Origin: Chloroflexota bacterium
GTDB taxonomy: Bacteria > Chloroflexota > UBA11872 > VXOZ01
Direction of reading: 5' to 3'
DNA length: 64,000 nucleotides
NCBI GenBank assembly: GCA_964291655.2
Contig: OZ219802.1
Span: forward strand, 1 to 64,000
This document shows positions 9,505-19,928 of the stretch, piece after piece. The notes beneath the pieces are model-generated. The model searched no databases and had not been told where the DNA came from. It saw only the letters and a list, made by a program, of their open reading frames with translations. A program made the translations under genes and the position numbers. Positions within the stretch are counted from its first letter, which is position 1. Each line of letters starts with the position of its first letter.

Positions 9505-9780
9505 TCCAGCTTCAGTCTACTTCCACCAAAGGAAGTCCCAACTGATCTTCAATCCCCGCTGTATTGCCCACCAGGGGATAGTCTCGCGGAGTGGCGATAC
9601 GTCGCAGCTTGGTTTTTGCCTGGCACGTTGCTGGTCCCGAGACTTTTCACTCTGGGAATTGTTGTACCCACCACGAGAGATGCACGTGTCAGCCTAAGCG
9701 CGTCTCCGCGCTCATCCAAGAGTTTCGCGTCCATTTCAGGCTGCAATCCTCGCCGATAGGACTGTGCAAACCTCGGTCGT

Positions 9781-12723
9781 TCATGGCAGCGAAAGACTCT
9801 TTCCCCGTGTGAGCGATTTGACTAGCAGGAAGTTGATTACATCCCGTGCATGCTGCGTAGCAGCGCGGGGTGCGATCCAGTCCCACAATGCATCCGCCCA
9901 TCTGGGTTCGGTACTTCTTGCGGGGGCGACATAATGGACGCGCAGCAGCGGCATTGCATCGCTCCATTCGAGGATGCCGTAGAGCACGACAGCGCCGAGC
10001 GGTACCGCCCTCGCGTGAGGGTCCAGCCTTATGTAACTGGCAACAGTCTCGTAGATGGGTTTTCCGGTGAAGTCAGTTGATCTTGAGACAAACCCTCGCG
10101 ATCGCACCAATGTCCCGGTAGACGCTCCTTTTATCAACGCCTGTATGAAGGGGATGGCCTGCGGCAACTCCGAACCGGGCAGGTACTCGATGCCGGTTCC
10201 AGGCGCAAGATAGAGATCAGTCCGGAGATCGCTAGAGTAGGCAGATACGCTAAGGCGAATACGGCTACCGGTCGGCGGAGTAGAGACATCTATAGGCAAG
10301 TGGAGAACTGCGCCGCCACACCTGTCAGCAATGAAGACGAGCGTCTCGTTCGGCAGTGGACGTATCTCCGTAACCATGCCTATGACTTCCACGCGCTGCG
10401 GTGATTGAGAACGGGGAAAGTCCGTAAGGCATTGCAGAATAGTTGGCGTTGGGGTTGGGGTGGGTGGTGGTGGCGTCGGTGTTGCCGTCGGACGCGGCGT
10501 TGGTGTGGGCGAGGGCGTCGCCGTTGGCGAAAGCGCCGCCGTAGGTGATGGCGTCGCCGTGGCGCGAGGAACGGCAGTCGGCGGTATTGCAGTGGACGTC
10601 GGCGTCGGTGTTGCCGGCTTGGCGGTGGGTGAAGGAAGCGGCGGGGCAGTCGGACTGGGCTTGGGTATTGGCGATGGCACCGCTACCGGTGTGGGAGTGG
10701 GCGGCGGCGGCACGGCGCCCGGTGAAGGCGCATCGATGTGCAGGGCTGCCGGAGTGCTCGGAGAGGTCTCCTCGAAAAGAACCCGGTGGAGCGATTTCCC
10801 CTCTGAAGCTGCCGGAAAGAGACCGTGCAGTCCCAGATATCCTTTAGGATCATACCCATAGGCAATGACATCGATGACATCGCCTTTATCGCTCAGCAGG
10901 GCTACCGTGGCGCCGGAGTTCGCCAACGCCCACGTACGGCGAGAGACTCTCCGGTCGTGGACGAGATTAGGCACTTCAGTCGAATTCCTAAATCCCGCGC
11001 CGGATGAGCGTGCTTCAAAATCCGGCTGCTCACCAAAGCGGGCGGCGAATTGCCGGGCACTCTTCGCGATGAGCATGATTTCCCCTGGAGCGAGCTTGGT
11101 TCCCGGGGGAAAGCCGTAGGCTACCGGACTGCGTGCCGTCGCACTCTGGGTGAGAATGCGTACGCGCACGAGATAGGCTACTTTGTTGCCAAGATTCTGT
11201 ATCTCGATGAACTCATCGCCCTCCGTCCGCGGAACCTGACCATCATAGTAAATCTCTGTTATGCGCAGAGAATCTGGCACAGGCCGTGTTGACTCTAGTA
11301 AATCAGTTCCCCGCGTAGCTTCACGTGCATTGTTCGCGTCTGAACTTGCTCTGCGGACTGGTCTTGGTGTAGGTGTTGGAGTTTCGTTCGACAGGCCTTT
11401 GGTGCGCGTAGATATGTCTACCCAAATCCCAGTACCATCGGGAATTCGCGCCCTGCCGGTGGCATCTTTAGCAATGACATAAGTGATTTCCTTAGCTACT
11501 TCACCATGACCGTCGAGCAGACGGAGACTGCCACTCTTCGCAAGAGGAAAGATTGGGACAGTCTTTTCAATTACCAGAAACTTGCCCGGTTCCACTTGCG
11601 TGTCTACTGGAAAGTAGTACGGTACGCTGCCTTCATTGCTTCCAGTATCGAGGGACCAGCAGAAGAGCCTCACCGGTTCGGCGTCTACATTGAAAAGCTC
11701 TATGAAGCCAGTTTGTTCACGAATTGGGCTGGGCACTATCTCATTGAAAACAATGTTGCGGCTCGCATTGCTCGGACACTCGGGAAGCGTGGGTGTGGGC
11801 GATGGAGTTGGGGATGGGGTGAGTTCAGGTGTCGGAGTTGGAGAGGGGGTTGATACTGGAGTCTGAGAAGGTTCGGGGGTAAGAGAAGGCGTGGGTATTG
11901 GTGAAGGAGTTGGCGTGGAGGTGGGTGCCGGGGTCTGCAACGGTGTAGGCGTGAAAGTGGGGGTAGGTCCGGGTGACGTCGTAGGTGAAGGAGTGGGAGA
12001 CGGTGCGGGCACGGGAGTTGGCGTTGTTGACGGCGTAGGTGACGGAGTGGGAGACGGTGCGGGCACGGGAGTTGGCGTAGGTGACGGCGTAGGTGACGGT
12101 GCAGGCGTGGGAGTTGGCGTGGGTGACGGCGTAGGTGTTGGATTAGGTGTGGGAGTAGGTGACGGCGTCGGTGACGGTGTGGGCGTCGGAGTGGGAGACG
12201 GCGTCGGTGACGGTGTGGGCGTGGGAACCGGAGCAACATTCAGAGCGCCCATGGTCGGTGTAGAGACGACTGTCCAGGTGGCCGAGCCATCCGGTATCCG
12301 CGCATACGCAGCGCCTTCGTCGCTGATATTGTAATCAACTTGATCTACTATTGTATGTTCGTAACTCTCGAGGTCGATGGCGAGGAGCCGCAGAGTTCCG
12401 CTCTTGGCAATGACAAGCCCTGTCGTGCTCTGCTCAAGTACCAGGTATCCGCCCGGTGGGATGGAAGTGTCGAACGGTATGTAAAAGAGGGACGCGCTTT
12501 CATCGTCGCCGGTGTCGAGCTGCCAGAATCCTAAACTTACGGCGGTTGTTGCGCTCGAATTGTATAGCTCTACCCAGCTCGTGCTTCCATCGGCATAGTC
12601 TGGAAAGATCTCGTTGATTACGACGGAACCATCAGAATGCACATCTTGATGTGAAAGTGAAATCGAGAGCAAGAGGGTCAGGCAAGAACGAGCCAGAATG
12701 CTCAGTTTTCTTTGCCTCACCAC
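9781..12723 (-). CDS. Secreted lamin-tail-domain (LTD) protein with three LTDs and Pro/Thr-rich linkers
   Basis: Signal peptide; VVINEI..WVELYN, IVFNEI..FIELFN and [16 protein letters not shown] starts; PT linkers; C-terminal beta-rich (OB-like) region; AGGAGA RBS before GTG. Confidence 0.82.
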   Translation of the reverse strand: MVRQRKLSILARSCLTLLLSISLSHQDVHSDGSVVINEIFPDYADGSTSWVELYNSSATTAVSLGFWQLDTGDDESASLFYIPFDTSIPPGGYLVLEQSTTGLVIAKSGTLRLLAIDLESYEHTIVDQVDYNISDEGAAYARIPDGSATWTVVSTPTMGALNVAPVPTPTPSPTPSPTPTPTPSPTPSPTPTPNPTPTPSPTPTPTPAPSPTPSPTPTPVPAPSPTPSPTPSTTPTPVPAPSPTPSPTTSPGPTPTFTPTPLQTPAPTSTPTPSPIPTPSLTPEPSQTPVSTPSPTPTPELTPSPTPSPTPTLPECPSNASRNIVFNEIVPSPIREQTGFIELFNVDAEPVRLFCWSLDTGSNEGSVPYYFPVDTQVEPGKFLVIEKTVPIFPLAKSGSLRLLDGHGEVAKEITYVIAKDATGRARIPDGTGIWVDISTRTKGLSNETPTPTPRPVRRASSDANNAREATRGTDLLESTRPVPDSLRITEIYYDGQVPRTEGDEFIEIQNLGNKVAYLVRVRILTQSATARSPVAYGFPPGTKLAPGEIMLIAKSARQFAARFGEQPDFEARSSGAGFRNSTEVPNLVHDRRVSRRTWALANSGATVALLSDKGDVIDVIAYGYDPKGYLGLHGLFPAASEGKSLHRVLFEETSPSTPAALHIDAPSPGAVPPPPTPTPVAVPSPIPKPSPTAPPLPSPTAKPATPTPTSTAIPPTAVPRATATPSPTAALSPTATPSPTPTPRPTATPTPPPPTPTPTPTILQCLTDFPRSQSPQRVEVIGMVTEIRPLPNETLVFIADRCGGAVLHLPIDVSTPPTGSRIRLSVSAYSSDLRTDLYLAPGTGIEYLPGSELPQAIPFIQALIKGASTGTLVRSRGFVSRSTDFTGKPIYETVASYIRLDPHARAVPLGAVVLYGILEWSDAMPLLRVHYVAPARSTEPRWADALWDWIAPRAATQHARDVINFLLVKSLTRGKSLSLP
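10440..10712. repeat. Low-complexity Pro/Thr/Ala linker repeat inside the LTD gene
   Basis: Encodes PPPPTPTP...TATPSPT...TPTPT. Confidence 0.85.
11787..12230. repeat. Degenerate tandem repeats encoding a (PTPS/PTPT)n linker
   Basis: Recurring GTAGGTGACGG/GTGGGAGACGG units; about 145 codons of P/T/S. Confidence 0.9.
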
Positions 12724-13124
12724 AATTGACTCTGTCTCCTACCGGGCCGCCGCTAATCTCCGTTTGCTTACACCAGTAAACCCGGCTCGCTTTCTTGAGC
12801 CGCAGAGACGATCGCCCGTGGCTTCCCGCCACTGCAATCGGCTCATTCCTTGGCATCGTCAGTAGGCGTTGTACGTGCCTTTGCATGTCCCAAGACAACA
12901 TGGGGGCATAATCTGACGCTAGCAAACTATTGTATGTGACTAACATAGGATGATATTGATACATATAGCCTAGACCTATCATTACGAGTATGCAAACTAT
13001 TAACTCACACGGCTGAATGTAGACAATGCTGATTGTCATGCAGAAGCCGGCTCCTGATAAGCGGAGGAAGGGTAGGGTGTAAAATCTGACTCCGCTCGAT
13101 GAACCGGTCAGGCCGCAGCCGGGG

Positions 13125-14213
13125 CTACATCAGCCATTCCAGCTCGGAGATGGGGATACGGCTGCGTTGCTCCTCGGCGTCGATCGTCTCCACGGCGGGG
13201 AGCCGCAGACCGGACGACACGGCTACGGGGAACGGTAGAAAAGCGTCCAAACGCACTTCGCCCGGTTCCACTGACATACCGGCGCGTTTGAGCCGCGAGC
13301 CGGGGCCAAAGCGCGTCCAGGCGTCTTTCGGCGCCAGCGAGCGAATGGGCAGAATGAGCAGGAAGACATGCAGGTCGGGCCGGGCTACGACGGTCGCCCA
13401 GGGCACGGGCTGCGCAGTCAGGAGCTCCCAGAGCGTCTCGGTCATGGCTTGCGCGCCGAATCCTTCCGTAAGCAAGAGTGGCGGGCCCTTCCACGTATGG
13501 GAGGTCGGGCGAGCCAAGGGGTCCATGCCAAGGACCGCCATATCTTGCCGCGAGGCAGATGGCGCCACCACTGCGGCTGCTTGAAGCTGGGTAGCACGCC
13601 GCATGGTATCCACGCCAGCCGGTTCTCGTGTCACGAGAATGAGGCGTTCTTCGTTCTCGGGGGTTTGGGATAGCACCGTGCTCAGATTGCCGGATGCCTC
13701 GCCGCCTACGGCATAGGTGCCGCGCACAACCACAGCCTCCGCCTCGATGACGACTTCTCGCGGCGGAATGACATCAATGACACTGCCGTAAAGTCCGGCA
13801 GGCAAATTGACGTCACGGCTTGCACCTTCAAACCAGGCAAGGCCGCTCCGCGAAGAGACGTCACCGATGCGGCCGGCGAACGGGGCAAGTGCTGTGCGGG
13901 TGCGCAGGCCAAAGAAGCGACGATGGGCGGCAAGCAGCACGCCTTCCGCACAATTCTCACCAGGAGAAACGAGGAGCGACTCTTCTACGCGCTCAGGAGA
14001 GACGCCAAGCGTGCTCGCCAGGTCTAGCACCGTCCTTTGGGGCGTAAGTGAGCACGAACCGACGATGGTGTGGGGCTCTACCTTGTCACCGGGCTGAACC
14101 GAGAGAGTACCGTCGGCAGGCAACACCCGGCGCAACTGCAAGAGGTAGCGGCCGATTTGCGGGGTTGGCGTAGGCGGGTTCGCGGTACCGCGAAGTGCAA
14201 GCATAGTCGCCAT
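13125..14213 (-). CDS. Hypothetical partner of the GlmL-like protein, with barrel-sandwich-hybrid-like repeats
   Basis: RRVLP..G.LSVQPGDKV, LLVSPGENC..G.LLA, APFAGRIGDV, LTEGFG; starts 2 bp after the upstream gene. Confidence 0.72.
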   Translation of the reverse strand: MATMLALRGTANPPTPTPQIGRYLLQLRRVLPADGTLSVQPGDKVEPHTIVGSCSLTPQRTVLDLASTLGVSPERVEESLLVSPGENCAEGVLLAAHRRFFGLRTRTALAPFAGRIGDVSSRSGLAWFEGASRDVNLPAGLYGSVIDVIPPREVVIEAEAVVVRGTYAVGGEASGNLSTVLSQTPENEERLILVTREPAGVDTMRRATQLQAAAVVAPSASRQDMAVLGMDPLARPTSHTWKGPPLLLTEGFGAQAMTETLWELLTAQPVPWATVVARPDLHVFLLILPIRSLAPKDAWTRFGPGSRLKRAGMSVEPGEVRLDAFLPFPVAVSSGLRLPAVETIDAEEQRSRIPISELEWLM

Positions 14214-14215
14214 GA

Positions 14216-15952
14216 TTAGCTAGATCTCCCAGAGAAAGACAGCGTGGGATAGGCCCCAGTTGTCTGCATCCACTCGAGGATCTTGGCTTGACGTTTGTCC
14301 TTTTGGGAATCGAGGTCCATGGGTCGTCCGCGCGCGTCAACGACCAGGCCCAAAGAACCGCCAAAGAGGCTGGCACGCGGCTCGGCTCCTCGACCCCGCC
14401 CCACGCCGAGGTTGAGTCTCGTTGCGGGCCACACTTCGAGGGTAGAGCCGGCTCCGCCCTCCCAAGGCACTACCTCCACGGCACCAAAATTCACCGAAAT
14501 CTCTTCGGGAGAACGAGATGGCATGCCGGCGCGCAGTCTCAAGGCAGGACGATTCTCGGCCATGCGGCCGGTGGGGGATATGCTCACACCTAGACTTAGC
14601 AAGACATCCTGTTCAATGAATGGATTGCCTTCCTCGATGGCCTTGTCGAGCAGTAACACGGGGAGAGCGCCCGCGCGATCCAATGCAAATTGCGTAAAGC
14701 CCGTGGGCAAGACAGAGTCAAGCATCATCATTACGGCCTGTATCAGCCGAGGCGCGCCGCCCAGGGTCGCGCCACAGCCGATTATGACGTCCGCAGCGGC
14801 ACACGGCGAGGCAGTCTGCCCATCAACAGTTTGATCATCTATGAGTTCAACCACACTTCGCAGGGCTTCTCGCGCGAACGCATGTTCTAGGACGAGGCCT
14901 TCCACGGTGGTGGGTAAGGAGGCGGGATGAGCAAGGCGGTGGAGGAGAAAGTCATCCAGGCGACTCTCGTCCAAGTCGTACGGCAGCCAACGTTCAACAG
15001 CCTCGCGGCCGGCCTCTATCAGGACATTCTGCGGGCTGCGCAGCGTGCCAAAACCATCCAGGGAGGCCTTTCGCACGTTTCCATTTGGCAGGCTGGCAAT
15101 CGCAGCCGCGTGGCTCGCCCCAAGGTCCAAGGAAAGCACATGAATGCTGTAGCGTTGCGCTAACTGTTGCGTAACGTGAGCGAGTGCGTCTTGATAGTCA
15201 ATCGGATTGGACCCCGCCCACTCGCTCAGTCCGGCGTAGTTCGGCAGAAGTTGCCGACGTCTCTCGTTTGCTATCGTCTGAACCAAGGATTCGAGGGTGG
15301 CAAGGGTGGCGCTCGACGATTGGTCAGGGTCGAGGGTCATATGGTGTAGCGGGGCCCGCTCGCCGAGGAATGACCGCAGGAATTGTGCGTGTGTATTGGA
15401 ACCTACGAAGACGACGGCCAGATTCCAGGCATTTCGGTGAGTGCTGAGCACGTTCCGGATGACTTCGCCTATTCTCGCGACTTCAGTCTCCCAGTCATTG
15501 TCAGATTCGCTGCCAAGAATGACTAGAGCATCCAAGGGTGACTCTATGAGTCGCTGGTAGACAAATTGATACGCATCGGGCGGCCGGTTGTTGAGATCGA
15601 AGATATCAATGGGGGTGATTGGCGTCGCTTGCAATGTTTCAAGCAATGCATCTAGAGTCCGGGTGCTGCCCAAACTAAGAAGGCTCGTCACTGCAGTGAG
15701 GCCTATGCTGGTAACTGCGAGTCTGTTTACCGCGTCTTGTTGGGCGTGCCAGCCGGTAGTGCGCTCAAGTTCAGACAATGCGCGGGAAACACCGAGCATT
15801 ACGTCGGAAACTGGAGGGCCAACCGTGCTCGGCACACGTGCTGCTCCAGCCAATCGAAACTCGCCTTCAATGCGCTCCAAGAGCGAAACACGCGTGCTAA
15901 ACGTGCCAACGTCTGCAATGAGCGTCGAGGAGGATTCCGCAATCTCAGACAT
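14216..15952 (-). CDS. Glutamate mutase L (GlmL/MutL)-like protein, ASKHA fold
   Basis: ADVGTFSTR phosphate-1-like and DLGASH phosphate-2-like motifs, DVIIGCG.TL..AP, C-terminal GGSLGLVVDARGRP. Confidence 0.75.
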   Translation of the reverse strand: MSEIAESSSTLIADVGTFSTRVSLLERIEGEFRLAGAARVPSTVGPPVSDVMLGVSRALSELERTTGWHAQQDAVNRLAVTSIGLTAVTSLLSLGSTRTLDALLETLQATPITPIDIFDLNNRPPDAYQFVYQRLIESPLDALVILGSESDNDWETEVARIGEVIRNVLSTHRNAWNLAVVFVGSNTHAQFLRSFLGERAPLHHMTLDPDQSSSATLATLESLVQTIANERRRQLLPNYAGLSEWAGSNPIDYQDALAHVTQQLAQRYSIHVLSLDLGASHAAAIASLPNGNVRKASLDGFGTLRSPQNVLIEAGREAVERWLPYDLDESRLDDFLLHRLAHPASLPTTVEGLVLEHAFAREALRSVVELIDDQTVDGQTASPCAAADVIIGCGATLGGAPRLIQAVMMMLDSVLPTGFTQFALDRAGALPVLLLDKAIEEGNPFIEQDVLLSLGVSISPTGRMAENRPALRLRAGMPSRSPEEISVNFGAVEVVPWEGGAGSTLEVWPATRLNLGVGRGRGAEPRASLFGGSLGLVVDARGRPMDLDSQKDKRQAKILEWMQTTGAYPTLSFSGRSS

Positions 15953-16256
15953 GCAATTGGTTATGAACGTGAAGGACTACTTGCTTGCGGTGTCATTGTA
16001 CCTGCCATGGTAGGTTTGCGTGAAGCCGTCTGTCAACTTTGCAACAATCCGGCAGGGTCTGGGTGAGGTTGACGGTCGAATGGTCACTTAAGTACCTTGT
16101 TAAGCTTTTGACGCTGGCGTTACGGCGCTGCTAGACTCAGTGCATGTGCAACTCTTGCGAAGGCTTGCGTTCTCGCTGTGACGATTTCAAGCGGCACGAG
16201 TGCATGGACTAAGGCAAAGACAGGTCCGCGACTAGGTGATTGTACGTTCGCGGTGT

Positions 16257-16347
16257 GGAGAGGTAGCCAAGTGGTCGAAGGCGCTCGCCTGGAGAGCGAG
16301 TAGGCGCCACAAGCGCCTCGTGGGTTCGAATCCCACCCTCTCCGCCA
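16257..16347 (+). tRNA. tRNA-Ser (GGA)
   Basis: GGAGAGG/CCTCTCC acceptor stem, CTCGC-CTGGAGA-GCGAG anticodon arm, long variable arm, GGTTCGAATCC, encoded CCA. Confidence 0.96.
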
Positions 16348-16595
16348 CAGTTCTCGGTCTGAGGCTTTTTGGGCAATGCAAGTGACGCCTATTCGCCAAG
16401 GGCGATGTTGCCTCAGCGCAAAGTTAGACCTTGGCGGCTAGTTAGACCGTCTTTGCCGTTGCTGAGTTAAGTCTCGATCTTTCAGGCAGTCTCAGTTGCC
16501 GGCTTTGGTCAATCGACAGAACCTGAGCCGGTTCTTGGCCGGCGCGTACATGGTATGTGCCTTTCCGCAACGCAGTGAGGAGAAGATAGCAGAGA

Positions 16596-18077
16596 ATGGG
16601 AAATTCCGTACGCTTGCGCATTGCGCCCAGTCCTACCGGTAATCTCCATGTAGGCAATGCCCGCACGGCACTGTATAACTACCTCTACGCCCGCCAAACC
16701 GGTGGGGTCTTTATACTCCGTATCGATGACACCGATGCCAAGCGCTCCACGGAAGCGGATATCGAGGGCGTGCTGTCTAGTTTCCGCTGGTTGGGCCTTG
16801 ACTGGGACGAAGGTTTTGCCGCGGGCGGTGAATTTGGGCCTTACCGCCAGAGTGAGCGACTCCCACTCTACCAAGACTTTACTGAGAAGCTCTTGGAGGG
16901 CGGCCAGGCATACCGTTGCTGGTGCACTCCGGAAGAGCTTGACAGTTTGCGCAAGCAGGCGCAACGGGAGCGCCGCCCATTTCGATACCCCCAGACGTGC
17001 CTTCACCTTTCGGCTGCGGAGCGGGCGGCCCGGGAACGCTCTGGTGACTCGTCTGTCGTGCGGTTTCATTCTCCTCATGAGGGTACGGTCGAGTTTGTGG
17101 ACCTTGTTCGCGGCGAAATGAAGGTTGCCGCCGAAGAGCTCGACGACCTGGTGATCGTGCGCGCTGACGGTATGCCGACGTACAATTTTGCGTCGGTAAT
17201 TGACGACAGCCTCATGCACATTTCCCACGTAATCCGCGGGGCCGACCATCTTTACAATACGCATCGCCAGATTCCAATTGCCCATGCTCTCGGATTTGAT
17301 TTGCCGGCGTACGCGCACCTTCCACTATTGACCAATCCCGACCGCACGAAACTGGGGAAGCGCTCCGGGGCAGTGCTTGTAGGCGACTACGCGAAACTAG
17401 GGTACCTACCGGAGGCAGTGATAAATTTCTTAGCATTACTGGGCTGGAACCCAGGCGATACTCAGGAGATATTTAGTCTGAGCGAGCTTGCTGCAGCCTT
17501 TAGCCTGGAGCGGGTGAATAAGGCTAACGCAGTATTTGAACTCCAAAAGCTCATTTGGCTCAATGGCGTCTATATTCGAAGTCTGGCGATACAAGATCTG
17601 ACTGAACGCAGTGTCCCATTCTTGGCAGATGCGGGGTTAATCGAACCGGATAACGTAGATATGGACTATCTCCGCGCGGCTATCGGACTTGAGCAAGAGC
17701 GCTTGAAGAACCTGGCGGAAGCACCTTCAATCCTTGACTTCTTCTTCGCGGAAAAAGTGGCCCCGGATCCAAAATCCCTCGTCGCCAAGAAGCAGACACC
17801 CACGGCCTCGCTTGTTGCGTTGAAGCGCGTACTTGAAGGGCTTGAGTTGCTTGAGAATTGGGACCATGAGCCAATTGAAACGTGCTTGCGCGGCCTGGCA
17901 ACCGAGTTGGGATGGAAGGCGGGTCAGCTCTTCATGCCAATTCGTGTGGCAATTACGGCCAAGACCGCCACGCCTCCCCTATTCGAGACGATGGTTGTGC
18001 TTGGTCGCCAAAGAACGCTTAAGAGGATCGACTCTGCAATCGGCACTCTTGCTGCGACCATTGCAGAGTGCGCGTGA
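16596..18077 (+). CDS. gltX: Glutamate--tRNA ligase
   Basis: RIAPSPTG.LHVGNARTALYN, LRIDDTD, GPYRQSER, HVIRG.DH, KLGKR. Confidence 0.96.
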   Translation: MGNSVRLRIAPSPTGNLHVGNARTALYNYLYARQTGGVFILRIDDTDAKRSTEADIEGVLSSFRWLGLDWDEGFAAGGEFGPYRQSERLPLYQDFTEKLLEGGQAYRCWCTPEELDSLRKQAQRERRPFRYPQTCLHLSAAERAARERSGDSSVVRFHSPHEGTVEFVDLVRGEMKVAAEELDDLVIVRADGMPTYNFASVIDDSLMHISHVIRGADHLYNTHRQIPIAHALGFDLPAYAHLPLLTNPDRTKLGKRSGAVLVGDYAKLGYLPEAVINFLALLGWNPGDTQEIFSLSELAAAFSLERVNKANAVFELQKLIWLNGVYIRSLAIQDLTERSVPFLADAGLIEPDNVDMDYLRAAIGLEQERLKNLAEAPSILDFFFAEKVAPDPKSLVAKKQTPTASLVALKRVLEGLELLENWDHEPIETCLRGLATELGWKAGQLFMPIRVAITAKTATPPLFETMVVLGRQRTLKRIDSAIGTLAATIAECA

Positions 18078-18370
18078 GCGGCCTAGAGGCGTCAAGCTGC
18101 AATCCAATTGGTCCACACGAAGCACCATATTCGGCAAGGGGTTGAGTGAGAGTCTCAGTCGTTTCTGGTCCGTGTCTGAGGGTGGGTCAGTTTCCTTGTT
18201 ACGCGATGCGGAACTGGAGTGCGCTCAGGAGGAAACTTGGCGAAGCCGCTAGTTACCATAACTCATGCGAACCGTCCATTGTAAAGTCGGCCCGATACGG
18301 ACTACGCCGGAGTCTGCGAGCCGGTACCGCGATTTCTGTGGCTCGTTAGCGGGCAGCGAAAGAGTGTAGG

Positions 18371-19210
18371 ATGTTCTCGTCAATCAAGGTGGCAGCAATA
18401 TCACTGCGGCCGAAGAAGTGGGATAAGCCCGCAAACGCCGCAAAGATGGAACGGCTGATTCGCACAGCAGCCGCTGAGAGTCCTGATGTCATCGTGACGA
18501 TCGAGGGAGCCTTCGAGGGTTACGTTGTCTATGACGTTATTGAAGGCAGGAAATCGGCCGACGAGATGTTGGAGATTGCTGAACCATTGGATGGTCAGTA
18601 TGTTGCGCGTTTACGGCAGTTGGCAGGATCACTTCGTGTGTGTCTCTGCTTTGGCTTCGCCGAACGAGTAGGCAGCGAGATTTACAACACGGTGGTATTC
18701 ATCGATCATACGGGGGAGATTTGCGGTTCCTACCAAAAGAGCCAATTCGCCGAGGGCACGCATTCCTCGTGGAACTTCAACCGCATAGGCAAGAGACTGC
18801 GCGCGTTCGATACACCGTTTGGCCGCGCTGGAGTGCTCATTTGCAACGACCGGTGGAATCCCTTGATTGCGCGCGCAATCGTTCTCGACGGAGCGCAAAT
18901 CCTCTACATTCCCACTTATGGGAACACTAGCAAGGCGCAAAACCAGGCGGTTCTGGCTCGGGCGCGCGAGAACGGCGTGCCCATCGTTCAGGCCAACGTA
19001 GGGCAGAATCTCGCAGTCAACAAAGGGGAGATGGTCGCCTATCAGCGCGGGTTCGATAAGATCACGCACGCGACGGTGGATATACCGGCTGTGCCGTCTA
19101 CTACTGCGGCCCGATCTCTTGAGCAAGAATATCTCACGCTCCAAGGTCCCGAAATGCAACGGCGGTACCGGGAAACGATGGCAAAACTCAAAGATACTAA
19201 AGCAGAATAG
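18371..19210 (+). CDS. Carbon-nitrogen hydrolase (nitrilase superfamily)
   Basis: Putative Glu-Lys-Cys triad (TIEG, YQK, LICND), YNTVVFID, GAQILYIP, ARARENG. Confidence 0.87.
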   Translation: MFSSIKVAAISLRPKKWDKPANAAKMERLIRTAAAESPDVIVTIEGAFEGYVVYDVIEGRKSADEMLEIAEPLDGQYVARLRQLAGSLRVCLCFGFAERVGSEIYNTVVFIDHTGEICGSYQKSQFAEGTHSSWNFNRIGKRLRAFDTPFGRAGVLICNDRWNPLIARAIVLDGAQILYIPTYGNTSKAQNQAVLARARENGVPIVQANVGQNLAVNKGEMVAYQRGFDKITHATVDIPAVPSTTAARSLEQEYLTLQGPEMQRRYRETMAKLKDTKAE

Positions 19211-19225
19211 ACACGCTATCGCCGG

Positions 19226-19606
19226 CTAATCATCCAGGACTGCAGTGGCTTCCACCTCTATCAGGATATCGTTCATTTGCACGCCCACGGTTGTGCGGGC
19301 AGGAGGATACTCGCCGAAAAAGGTCTTGTAAACGCTATCCATCTCCGCGAAGCCATCCATATCAGCAAGATAGACGTTGACCTTGACCACGTTGCGAATG
19401 TCACCGCCGTGACCCTCTACGATATTCTTGATATTCTGCAAGGTGATTTGACACTGCTCGGCGAGAGTCTCGCCCTCAATTTCCCCAGTTTGAGGATCGA
19501 GTGGCCCCTGGCCCGCTATGAAAAGCAAATTGCCCGCGCGCACTGCTTGTGAGTATGTGCCGGCAGGTCGCGGCCCTTTCGGGCTATACAATCGATCGAC
19601 GCGCAT
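19226..19606 (-). CDS. RidA/YjgF family imine deaminase
   Basis: YSQAV, IAGQ, VVKVNVYL, PARTTV, IEVEA. Confidence 0.92.
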   Translation of the reverse strand: MRVDRLYSPKGPRPAGTYSQAVRAGNLLFIAGQGPLDPQTGEIEGETLAEQCQITLQNIKNIVEGHGGDIRNVVKVNVYLADMDGFAEMDSVYKTFFGEYPPARTTVGVQMNDILIEVEATAVLDD

Positions 19607-19805
19607 GGGTATTCTCCCCTCTGCTGTGCAGGTTGGTATAATTTGTCAGTGCGAGGAATTGCGCGAAGAACAGTGTACCATAGGGTGGGAAGCTGCTAAA
19701 TAGTGACCCTGTAGATCGCTACGAGGCATGAAGGCTTGTACAGTGGGATGCAATGTCAAGTTTGAAAGTGTCTTGACCGCTGGACGTGCTGGCAAGCTGT
19801 TAGTG

Positions 19806-19814
19806 TGCTAGAAT
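19806..19814 (+). promoter_or_regulatory. Putative extended -10 promoter of the mreBCD operon
   Basis: TGCTAGAAT about 115 bp upstream of mreB. Confidence 0.4.
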
Positions 19815-19928
19815 GTATTGGATTGAGAGTGATAGGTAGGATAGAGTTCTACCTATGGGCTGTTCGTGCGGTCCCCCCTTTGTGATTCTTTGGCTCCCCC
19901 AAGAGCATTTGTGGATTTGGGATAGACA

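Noticed and set aside
11736-12334. Gly/Val-rich and Arg/His-rich ORFs; possible CRISPR-like periodicity
   Set aside because: Alternative frames of the Pro/Thr linker; no constant repeat with unique spacers and no cas genes.
16350-16595. T-box or other leader upstream of gltX
   Set aside because: No T-box consensus or terminator/antiterminator was recognised.
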